NCBI GenBank assembly: GCA_964036045.1 | Contig: OZ038378.1 | Span: 2,914,001-2,978,000 of the forward strand | Source of the DNA: Eutreptiella sp. 'Long Island Sound 2002' | Lineage: Eukaryota; Protista; Euglenida | DNA: 64,000 nt | Direction of reading: 5' to 3' | Shown here: positions 36,597 to 48,500 of the stretch, one piece after another | Numbering within the stretch: the first letter of the stretch is position 1 | Layout of the letters: each line of letters begins with the position of its first letter | Notes under the pieces: model-generated | Databases searched by the model: none | What the model saw: only the letters and a program-made list of their open reading frames with translations | What the model was told of the DNA's origin: nothing | Translations under genes and position numbers: made by a program

Positions 36597-39500
36597 CCTG
36601 TACCCTCCTACGCTTCAGGATTTCAGCTGCTGTTGTTACTTCTTTGGGCACTTCAGTGGCAAGTCCAAAACAACGCCACGGACGCTTTATTTTGCAGTGG
36701 GTACCACGGGCGGTCAAATTTTGCTGTTTGACGGCGTGACTGAAGTGACGGAGCTCATCAATGCTTATGCCCCGAATGAAGAGGTGTGCAATTTGAAGCT
36801 TGTTGCTGCGACTGTGGCTGTGGTTGTGCAAGATTGGTGTGTGCTGGTGTGACAACCAGCGCCGCCTGTTGAGGAAACTCACGAGGAAGCGGAGCATTGC
36901 TGGGCCTGCAACTGCATTGCACTGTAGATGCATTGACTGACAGTTCGATTGGCTTTCAAGAGCCCCTGGTTCAAACGCGGGGCCTGTGTTGCCATTGTTT
37001 TTGTTTTAATACGATGTGTGCGGCCACATGTGCCTGTGCTGCGTCCAGGCCTGTAGATGTTGAGGTGCAGCTGTGCCCCTCGCCATATTTCTGATTACCT
37101 CCGCCGCGTGCTGTCGCGGCTGTGCGGAAGCTCAACGGCCCTTTACTAACAGAGGACAACGATCTGACCTTTTGGGGGATGCGTGCCCCAAATGTGCAGA
37201 CAAATAGCCGCGGAAAAGCGGCTCTGCAAACGAAGCAGGGCGCGCAGGAGAGCCTCTGCTGTGGAGGGAGAGACGTGGGACGAGACCAAGGGGTCGTCAT
37301 AGAACACGGCTGTCAGGGTTTGCAGGTATTCATGTCACAGAGGACTTTGGGCTCGCAATCTTTCTTTCCGTGGAAGAGTGCCTGTGTCTGTGGAGTATTG
37401 GGTTTGTTGAGGGCAATCTGAGGGTGATCGGAAGTTTATCGGGAGGTGACCGAGAGATGATCGGAGTGTGATCGCGCGATGATCGAAGGTGATCGCGAGG
37501 CGCCCTCTGCACTGGGCGTTCTTTTCCTGTAGGTTACGGGGCTGTGTGGTATTCCGCGGACACCATCCACTTTCCATAGCGACTGCCCGCTCCAATTGCA
37601 CGGTGTGTGTGCATTGTATCCACTGCGGTGGTTATAGGGGCTTGGGGTCTCAGCTTAATCATGTCTTCCCCCGCCCTCGCTGAATTCAAAGGCCATCAGT
37701 CGGGTGTGGTCAAGTTTTGAGGGCCCGACGAATTGAGCCTCGTTAGAGCGGTGTCCTGCGCTCTACTAACCGCCTGCCCATCCTCCTAGTCAGACCTGTT
37801 GCCCGAGTACAGTTTGCCGTGAGCGCTAGTTGGGGGGTCGGAGACGAGGGTTGCCGGGTCTTCAGGGTTTCTGAACCTTGCAGAGGTCTGTTGACGCTTG
37901 TGAGGCGTGCAGGCACGTTGCGGGGTGTAGGCTTGCAAAGGTGGCGGTGTAAACAAACGTAGAGGATTGCGGGGGAATGCAGGGGAGAGTGGGATGTCTC
38001 TCCCACTGCTCACACTTGCAGCATACTGTCCCCTGCCAGCGCATTCAGCCAGTCATTTGGGCTTGGAAGGGGGGGTGGGGGGGTTCAGTGGAAACTCCCA
38101 GCCCCAGGGGCTGCGGGGCGGTCACAGACCAGAGCACTGAATCAGCCCCAATGATGCCAATGCCGAAGATTTGTTCGGGGGGCCAAGGTCAATCAGATAC
38201 AAGTGTTACGATGACTCTTCTGAAATCAAACAGAAAGGGCTGTTTTCATTGTTCTCGATGTCGTCGAGCTCGGGTGAGCTTCGGGGCCGTCTGATTCGGG
38301 TCGTGAGCAGGCTTGTAGGGAGGGAGGTCGTGGGGAGAGTGCGGGGACCCGCAGGGCAAGAGGGAGCGGTGGGACGGCCTGGTAGGACCCTCGGCCCCCT
38401 CCCCCTATGAGCCTGCACTTGTGGGTGGTGCTATGCTGGGCGGAACCCTCCCATTCTTGTGGGTCGTGCCCTATGCCGGGCGGAACCCTCCAGAAGATGG
38501 GCAGGGGTCCCGAGAACCCCAAGGAATGGGCGGCGCGGCCCTGCTGGAGGAGCGGTTCGAGGGGTAGCCCTGGAGGGTGACAGGTCATCCCCCCCCCCCC
38601 GCTTCTGCCCGCCCCATTTTACTGTCAGAAGCGGTTGTCACATCCAGTACCACCAGGCACAGCGTTGCAAAGAACGGTGGCATTCTGTGACCTTGCCCTG
38701 CCTCACCTCCCCATGGACCCAACTGATACAGTCCAGGCGATGCTGTGTCCACACAACGGCAAATGGTGGCGTAGTCCATCTCGACTGGGTCCTAGCCACA
38801 GGCAGGTCCCGCAATGGGCCCCAACGGCCTACCCACCATGTTGTTTTGCCGCTCCACTTTGCCCCCACCCCCCCATATCACTTTTGGCAACCGCGGTAAC
38901 CGCTTTGGGGACCACCTCTGAAAACGCCCCTTCAGCCCCCCGTGCATTGCTGCGTGCGAGGCCCTGTCAGAATGAGCCCGTTCGCCCGGTGATAGGGAGG
39001 GTGGTCCTGCAACGGGGCTACTGGCCCCGCATGCCCCCTACGATCCGCCCACTCGTGCCGCGTGACTCGTCTTTGCTGTTGTGTGTCAGAGTACGACGGA
39101 CAAGTCGTCTCGTGGACTGCCAAGCGGGCCGAACTGACGCTCTGGAACTTCCGTAATCCGAAGGTACACCTGCTCCCAGGGCCCCGGGTCGGTTGGCTGG
39201 GGGCACCTGCGGCTGTGCGCAGCTCTGCGGATCGCATGCGCTTTGGGGATTCTGTAAACAGGTCATCATTTACGGGGGGATTTTGTCCAGGACAAGTATC
39301 TGATTAGCAACGTCCAGACGTCCCTTTTGGCGATCCAATGTTGTGGGTCGGCGCATGTCATGGGGCAGAATGCGAGGGAGGAAAGCCTATGATCGTTGCT
39401 TTATGAAGTGTGCAAGAGGGTCCATTTCCCCCCTGGTTCAGGTGTCGTAACACGTGGTCACAGGATCGCTGACGAAGGGGTACCGTGATCGAACCGCATT

Positions 39501-42500
39501 TGGGTCACACTTGGCGGTGCTAGCCGCCGGGGTATCCTGTTCCATGCCACTTCTGCCCCCTCGCCCCCCCCCCCCACCACGCATCAGAGGCCCTATACCC
39601 CGGGGCTGAAGGCCCCCTCCGGGATGTCCTGGGGCTGCGAGGCCCCTTGGGGGGGAAATGCGCACACATTATTGAACGGAATAGCGGTGCCAATCAATCG
39701 CGAGGGGCCGTTGATAACACGGCTCTAAAGCCCGTGGAGTGCGAGATTCAAAAGAGAGGGAGCCGGGGCGACCTGAGCGAGAGGCCCGAAGGGGTCGAGG
39801 GAACATGTTTTCGTCCCCCCCCCCCCTTCCCCCCCGACAGCGCCTTAAGGGGGGACTCTGATGGGGGGCAGAGCCGTCACAAGGCGGTGTTCTCGGTGGC
39901 CCCTAACCCTTGTCCACCGGCGCCTGCAGTCTCCCGCATCTGCCATTGCTTGCGTGCAGACGGCCGAGTGCTCTGTCCCAAGGCTGCAGATCGCCGTTCC
40001 AGAGCCCGTGGCCGGGGCGTTGCAAATCCCGTGCACCGAGTGGATCGTCCTGTCGCACGAACGCAGCGTCTCAGGTTTGTCGTCCTGGCACCGGCCGTTT
40101 GGTGCCCATGTCGAGGGGCTCCGCGGCCGTGCCCCTCGCTGTCGCGAGTGCGTTGCGGAGTGCCGTTGCCGCATCACGCAGCAGCGTCCTCACGCACGGT
40201 GTCGCACTCCCCTTTCTCCCGCATGTCTTTCGTGGGACACCTCAACACCCTCATTCCACCTCCCAACCCCCGAAACCTCCGCCCCCTGGAGGGCCTGGGC
40301 CACGAGCCCCACACCGCCCGCCGCCCCCACTGGCAACAGGAGCACGGGAGAGACGCCCCGGAGCAGAGCAGGACGCAGAAGCGAGCAAAGCGGCATACGG
40401 CACGCGCAACGTCTCTGAACAGAGCACCCCCCCCCCCCAGGGCTTCTTTAGAATAATTAAAAACCAACGGGGGGGGGACCCCTCCCCCAAAACCCCCTCC
40501 CCCCCCTCCCCAGACCAAAGTGACCATAGTGGGAAAAAACGAAATTTACAATAGGGAAAATCTGGTCAGGCCATTTTTGGTACACCAAGTTTTGGGTCCA
40601 AAACCCCCTCCCCCCCTCCCCCCCCCTCCGCAAAAGAAGCCCTGCTGAGCCCCCCCCCCCCCCCCTCAGCACCCCCCTCACCTTGGCCCCCCCCTCACAC
40701 TACCCGCTGCACCCCCAAGGCTCACACGTTTGCCCCACTGGTCCAAGGCCCGCATGCGCGTGCAAACACGCCTGCAAAAGCGCCGCAGGGAGGCGCAGGT
40801 CTTCCTTCATGAACGCACAACTCAAAAGTAGGACCTACGTCGTTGGTGGCCTTTGCTTCAGCGTTGTGCTCACCCTCCGCCTGCATTTCAGATATCCAGC
40901 CTTTTTTCTCGCAAATGTTTGGTCGAGTTTTGTTTTAAACCGGTGCACGAACGCCGTCCGCGTTGGACGCATGCGCCGTTGGGACAGGGATGTGGTCGAG
41001 TGGACCTCGGCTCAAAATACACAGCAGTGGGTAGGCAAGTTACTGTTGTGGGAAAGTACCCCCCCCCCCCCCCTTGCGCATGCACGGCCTTGTCTAAGTA
41101 CGGGGTGGGCGTTGAACCGCCGTTTTGAGGAAATTTTGGGACCGCTGTTTTTGTGGTCCAGAATGGAGGATTGGGTGTCTGTAGAGCGTTTGTACAGGGA
41201 AAGAGGGGCTCATTCATGTCTGTGATGGTGCATTCTGTTCATAACAACATTGTACTACACATTGCAACCCCATGCTGCTCGTTCTGATGTGATTTTCATC
41301 CATGGCTAACAATGTTATTCCCGGTCTGGCTGTCACATGTGTCACGCGCATGCACGGCCTTGTCTAAGCACGGGGTGGGCGTTGAACCGCCGTTTTGGCC
41401 TGACTTCTGGGACCGCGGCCGTGCTTGTGCAAGGGGGGGGGGGGTATGTCAGCGACCTGACTGCGCATTCTTGCAGTTTGTGGTTTCTAGCGGTGGCTAT
41501 GGGGATGGAGAAAGGGGTGATGTGGGGTAAAGGAGCGTGCGAGGGTTCATGGTGTTGTGGATGTGTGCAAACTCGGAGTTGCGGTGGGCGTGCATTGTGT
41601 TCGTGGGCGGTTCGGGGCAATTCCCTTGATTTTGTGGTGGTGGTCATGTGCCCCAGGGAGAGCCCTCTGCCCAGAGGAATCTCTCCCACCCACTCCCATC
41701 AAACCCTTTCCACCACGACAACACCCTTTTTGACTGTTGTCGATACCCGACACAAATCCAATAAGCCCCCCCCCCCCCCACAACATACAGGGGAAGGGTT
41801 TGACCGAGGGGACCAATAGAGCTCACTATCCGAACCTGAGGCGCGCAGACCCAGACGCCTGCGTGGGAGTCAGAAGGGGGTGGCGCTCTCCGCCAAGGGA
41901 ACCCAAACACCTCTTTGAACAAAAGCAGTGGGCCTAGGCATTCAAAAGGTTAGACTGATATAAAGAATGTTGATGGAATTTGGGTTCTGCACAACAATGG
42001 TGCACACTGCTGGTGGTGCTGATTCTTTGACCGACGGTGAAGTTCTTCAAATGCCAGTGAATAGCGGCAGAATCCAGACAAGAGGGCAAAACAAAAGTAA
42101 ATGGCAACTCCCTTTCCCTGCTGCACCGTGGACAAGTTTTTGCAAATGCAACTGAACGCGAACACATGTCACCTGGTTGCCACAGTGATCCATGCTCTCA
42201 CAAATCCCCACACTGGGCGCCCCCAGCAGGGCCATATAGTAGGAAGCAAACCCAGGCGTTGTTTGGGATGGAGTGCGTTGCGCGCTAGGTTGAAGGCAAA
42301 CACCAAGGGGGTTACCGATGAACAGTCATCCCCGCGTACTTGAGTTCTTGAGAGCCCAGGCCCAGCACCGTCGGGAATCTATGACGATGGATTCCACGTG
42401 TGCCTGGTCCACAACAACCCACTGTGCAAGTGCATGCAGGTGTGGGGTCCCGTAGGGATCCAAAATGCAACGTACATGGGACACTTGTTGTGCATTGGTG

Positions 42501-45500
42501 GCATCGCCCGGTTCACTCCATGGCACAGTTACCACTACATGCTGGACCCGCCAATCACAGTACAAATAATGCACAGAATGTGGCCCCATGCATGGCTTGG
42601 AGGAAGCCCATTCCCAATCAGAAGACATTCGGTTCATAGCCCGAGGCCATGCACACAGGGCCCACATGCGATGCATAGATCCCACTACACCACCAACAGT
42701 CCTCACGCAATTCAGGTTCTTAACCCCATGGCCAGGGCTTCTTTAGAATAATTAAAAACCAAGGGGGGGGGGGACCCCCCCCAAAACCCCCTCCCCCCCT
42801 CCCCAGACCAAAGTGACCATAGTGGGAAAAAACGAAATTTACAAAAGGGAAAATCTGGTCAGGCCATTTTTGGTACACCAAGTTTTGGGTCCAAAACCCC
42901 CTCCCCCCCTCCCCCCCCCCTGCTCAAAAGAAGCCCTGCCCATGGCCCAAGGACCCCAAGATCCAAGGACGCTATTCAGACTCACCCCACAAACTTCAAT
43001 CCCCCGTCCCCCCCACACCCCAATGACCAGGCCCAGGTCATCTGAGACTTGGTCAGCTGGAACAAATGCCGGCTGCCGTTGTCGATCTCCTCTGCCAAGA
43101 TAATCGCATGAGTGAAATCCCAGCGTCCCAATTCAGGGAATCACTCAATGTGAAGCCTGTCGGTGTTGGCAGCAGCCCGCCCCCCCCACCCACCCCCCAC
43201 GACATCAAGCCATGCCTGCGGTGCTGTCTGTCGCAGCGCTTTTCATCGAATCCGCCCGAAGTCACGACCCACGCCCTGTGTACGCCTGCCCCGATGGAGA
43301 ACGAGTGGGTATGTGACGACGAAGACCATTGCATGTGAGGCGTCGGCACCCCAACAGGCGAATGTGCGGCGGGCATTGGGGCCGCAAGGGTGTGGGGACG
43401 GGGATGGACGGCCTCCTTGCGGCCAGGACCCGGCGAGTGCTGCCCCTCTCACTGAACTGCGGGTGCCTCTTGGGGCGCGTAAGGCCGCAGGGACCGCCAG
43501 GATCTCGTCCTCGAAGGGCATTTGTTGTGAGTGTCTGCCCACTTGAACCCACATAGCTCTGATTTTGGGGATATTTATGCATTATATTCCCCTTTCTTGC
43601 ACTAGCTCACCATGCAATCTTCTCTTTTTGAACCTCGGGGTCTACGGCCTTGTCCAAGCTATAGTAGGCGTAAGGACCGTATTAATTTGGGACTTTTGCA
43701 TAGCTTATACGACTGTTAGCTTTGCTAACTGGGGTTTTACATGTCTGCTTGCCGAAGGCCGCTTGCTGCCACCTCCCTCAGCCCCCCCCCCCCCCCTCGG
43801 GACATACATGCGTACAGCCATGTTGCAGCCATGTGTTTTTTGGTGGCTGCCACAGGACCAGGCTATTGCTGAAGGCCGGGGGGGGGGATCAGAGGCCAAA
43901 AAAAAGTTTGTGTACCCTAACATCGGCCTCAATTTCCGGCCCCTTTGATAAATTTCATTTTTCGCCTGAGCAAAATGTTTCTGATGTGGATGGGTGGGTG
44001 CGTGGTCCGGCCAGGGCTGGCCACCCCCCCCCCCCCGGATCCTGAAACAATAGATGCACAGGAGGTGTCAGGTCCCACTTGTGGCCACCGGGGTGCATGC
44101 GTTGGCGATGACAGGCCGGTCTTCAATGCGGACTGGTCCTACTGCAGATTCTCGCACGTAGCGGCTTGGGCACTGCCTGGTCCTCAGCCTGAGGCCAAGG
44201 GTCGCATGCCCCGTCTGAGAAGGGCCCCTTGCCACCCTCTCGGAGGATCAAACTGAGCCACAGGCCACTTTCTCCTGAGGCGAGCGTCCTGGAGCCCCAG
44301 GCCGACGGGGACACCGTGGAGGGTTGCCACGAGACCCTTTGTGGCAGTGAAAACCACGGACAATCCGAAAGGACCATCCCTCTCATGCAGGGTCTCTGTC
44401 CTGGGGGCTGAGCTGCTGGGCTCCTGGCCGCTCGATCTCGGGAGTGCCCTGAACAGAGCACGCATGAAACTATCGTTTGCTGTGTGAACAGTGGTTTCTG
44501 TGTTGACTCCCAGTTTGACTGTATGTTACACAGGATTATTTATTGTTTTCAGGGCTAGACAGCCCAGTGGCCTAGGTGGTTCCTGCTATTGCAATGAATT
44601 CACTGTGTGTTGGTGCATGTATCACTGAAACCCCCACTGGACTGTGCTGAAGCCAGGCGCGACAGGAGACCGTGACCAGCAAACCCTACTTCAAAGGGGG
44701 GGGGGGGGGGGCTGCCAAGTGCTTCTTAGGACCGCAGGCACTGGGAGACAGGCTCTCGCGCTCCACTGTGCGCACCCCTCAGGGCGCCCGGCCACAGGGA
44801 GGTCAGTGCTCAGGGGCTCGGTAGCCTCAGGGTGCCAGGCCACTGGGAGGCTTTGGAGGGTTCTGCCAGGCATAGGGCACCACCCACCAGTCTTGTGATA
44901 CCCAGGGAAGAGAGGGTTGGTCAAGTGGTCAGAGCACATGGCACTTGCACCAACGGTACCCGCCTGAATGCCCAAGGTTCCGGGTAGCTGCTCAATTGTA
45001 GCACCGCGAACCCTCACGCAGACCCTCTGACACAAAACTAACGTCGAAATTGCTCAAACCCACAATGTTGCGAACAATCAAGTATGAGGAGTCCACATCT
45101 CCGATTTTGGGTTGGTCCTTCGTCATCTTCCGGCATCATCCAATGTGCAATTAGCGTCATGATTGTAGATTCTCAACGCACAATTTTCTTTCGCACCAAA
45201 ACAACGTCAAAATAGCTCCGTTCTACACTTTTGCAGACATAGCGCCATGGACTGCGCCTGGGACCCCAGCCCCTCATCGTTTTGCAGGGCTCTAATAATG
45301 CCCTAACTGCCCTCCACCCCTTCCCCCGTGGCACCACAGGCAAGCCGCTGGGAAGTGCAGCACAATGTTGATGTGCACCCCTTGTGACCCGGAGCCCCCT
45401 GCCCCTGTGGTGCAAGTCCCACATCAGTTGTAGTGGTGAGCACGCTCCAAACTTCACGGTCTGGGAGTGACTGAATGTTGAGTGTTCGAAATTCAGCGGG

Positions 45501-48500
45501 GCAAAGTGTGTACAACCTGCTGGCATTGCGATGAGGCAAAGGGGGGGGGGGGGGGCAACACGCCAACTACTGGGCTCCGCGAACGCGGAAACGACACCAG
45601 CAAGAGCACCGGCCGCAGCGGCCGACAGAAAGTAGCGACCCGACGCAACATGCGAAGGGAAGAACGGGTGACTGTCCAGGGCCCCGTAAAGGAGCAACAA
45701 CCAGACGGAATGTCACACAGGGGGCGGGTTAGGGAGTACTGAGCTAATGCAGGGAGTGTGCGGTGTGCCAGTTTGCCTCTTTGGAGTGCTATTCTGCGTG
45801 TTGACGCTTTTGCAAAGGGGCTTCAAGGTCCGTCACCAGGACTACAACGATCACTTTGAAACAAATGTGCCGGAGTAGAGAATGGCTCCTCTACTAACCG
45901 CCCCCAGAACACTGTGCGGCGCCCGCCTGTGGCGTCGCAGTTCTTTTCTGGTCACCACTGGGCAAAGCTTTGACTTGCATTTCTTTCAAGTTGATCAAAG
46001 TTCTTTTCGACTTTTGCTGCGCCCCCCCTCCCCCTCCCCTCAGAAACGCGCTGGTGACTGGATCGCGAATCGGAGGAGGGGGCAGGGCCGGGGGCTTGCG
46101 GGTAGTTGACAGGGGCGTAGGGCAGGGCACAAGCCCCCGGCCACTGCACGGGGGACAGGGCAGCTGCAGTCATTATGATGGCGCTGCCGTGTGTCTGCGG
46201 GCAGAAGTGCACGTCTCCGGTTTGCATTTCGCCCGCCGCTCTGCGCAGATTGTGTGGAGTACTGCCATGGGACCGTGGTGCTGATCATGACGTATTCCGA
46301 GAGCACTTCGCACACGACTCTGACGGTCAGGGACGTGCAGGAGCCTACGAAGGTACATCTGCCTTGCGCACCTCTGTGCACACGGTGGCGTGTGCGACAA
46401 CGGTGACTTGAGGGCTCTGAAGTGCGCCGTTCACGTGCCTTCGGTGCGGCATTCTTCCTGCCGTGATCTGGGGAGGACTGGGGAGGGGGGGCGGGGGGGG
46501 GCTTGGGCCACAGCCCCTGCATCGCCTCTCGCTGGTGGCGGGCTGTGGGGGATCTCCAGTCCGGTTAAAGCAGCAGCTTTTGATCCTGGATCGTCAACAC
46601 CGCCCACCTTGCCTGCAGTGCGCATGTTAGTCAGCGTTGAGCGGCATCGGTGGATCGACCAGAAAGGGTGTCCTCACCAGTGGCAGGCCATTGGCCCCTC
46701 AGTTGACCATGTGGAGCGGTTGCACCGACTTGAAAGCGGTGTGACGGAAATACGCGAAGCCATGGCGGCTGTAGCTGAATGTGCGGGGGGTGTTTGGCGG
46801 GGGGGGGGGTTCGCATCCTTTTCTCAAGCATCATCGTTCCTCGGCCCGTTGAGAGCGTGGCTTTTGCCTTTCGTGTTTGCGAGCAGTGCCCCGCTGACAA
46901 ACGCCCTGCGTCTGTGCACAGGATGTCACGCGCATCGACCACCCCACGCCGATGTGCCCCGATGTGGTCGTCGCAGGGCGGCACCCGGAGCAATTCGTGA
47001 TCCTCGTGGTATGGCTTTGGCAGGAGTGTGTTGGGGGGGGGGGGGGGGCAGCACAGCCCCAACACGCCAACTACTGGGCTCCGCGAACGCGGAAACGACA
47101 CCAGCAAGAGCACCGGCGGCAGCGGCCGACAGAAAGCAGCGACCCGACGCAACATTAGAAGGGAAGAACGGGTGACCGTCCAGGGCCCCGTAAAGGAGCA
47201 ACAACCAGACGGAATGTCACACAGGGGGGGGGGGGGTTCCTCCGCCTGTTCAAGCAATGGAGTCAGTCCGCGCTGCCTGTCCGCGCTGCACGAGGCCTGG
47301 TTTGCATTGCCCAGGCACTCCATCGCCCGCGCTGGCGTTGCGTCGCGTCCTGCAAGTGCACTCACCACATGAACCACATCGTTCAAGCAAGCCCCACGCA
47401 TGAACCCATTCTGTGCGACTGTTTTCATTGGGTGCTTTCTGTGTGCCTCTCTTCTATTCTGCCTCCCTTCGACTCTGTCCAGCCATTCATTTTGGTTGTT
47501 CGCCCTCCATTGGCTCACTGCAGGGCAGCCCCCTCCCCCTCCCCAACGACTCGCCTCCCCCCAAACAACGGATGTCATTGGGAAGAGACAAAAGAGATAT
47601 TTTTTCCTCTCTGAGCATTCCTCGGCATTGTGGTTGGCACGTACCCGACGCTGTGTGACCGTGTTCCACGGCATGAGACCTGCTTTTGAGGACCTCTGTC
47701 CTACGCGCCAAGGAAAATCAGGCGTCTTACGATCACTGATGCCAGACCTCGGGTTTGAACCCTCGACCTCCCAGTGTTTGTAAGTGGTTGAGACCCTCAA
47801 ATTTCCTCCGTGCGCCCAGCGAGAGCCCATTTCAGCCCCAGGTTTCGAACGTTGCTCCACGGACCGTATGCGCTTACTGCTCGCCACTGAGAGTGCCCCT
47901 GCTGTTGTACTGCCACTCCGAATGTTGAACGGTGTATTTAGACTGCCGGTCCATCTTCCAGCGCTGCCTCAGACTGTTGCCTCGCACGGCAGGCCAAAGG
48001 GGCATGTGTAGCAAATGTACCCAATGACAGCACATACAAAGTTGGCACGCCCGCTTCATTTGTAGGGCGGCGACTGTGTGCTGGTCTATGCCCTGGGGCA
48101 GAAGGCCCTGCCCTTCTTCAGCATCCGCCCCAAGCCCATCAACTTGACTGGGACGGTGCACAATGACGAGGTGTTCCCGCTCTACGGCAACAATCCGTAC
48201 GAACCCGACGAGCCCGCCATTCACTTCAGCCCCATCAACGTCCGCTGCTCCGAGGACGCCCGACGCGACGCGGCCCGCAGTGTGCACGGTATGGGGGCCA
48301 CTGGATGTGCTGGTCTCCAGTTTGGGGGCGTTGGTTGCTGCGCCTGAACGTGGGAAAGGGGCGGCCCACTGTCAGGGCAGCGCAGCCCTTCTTACCTTTG
48401 TTTTGGTCAGGGGGTTTCCCCTGAGGCTCCGGACGCGCAGGCGCAGGCCCCTTCTGGTGGCAGGATGGCAGAAACACATGTGAATCCCACTGAGCACCGG

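Noticed and set aside
47735-47800. tRNA-like T-loop GGTTCAAACCC on the minus strand
   Set aside because: The T-stem does not pair properly, and no D-arm/A-box or acceptor stem is present.
46631-47887. Longest ORF in the track (418 aa, minus strand)
   Set aside because: It runs through the 160-bp dispersed repeat, G-runs and other repeats, has no domain-like sequence, and is antisense to gene C introns.
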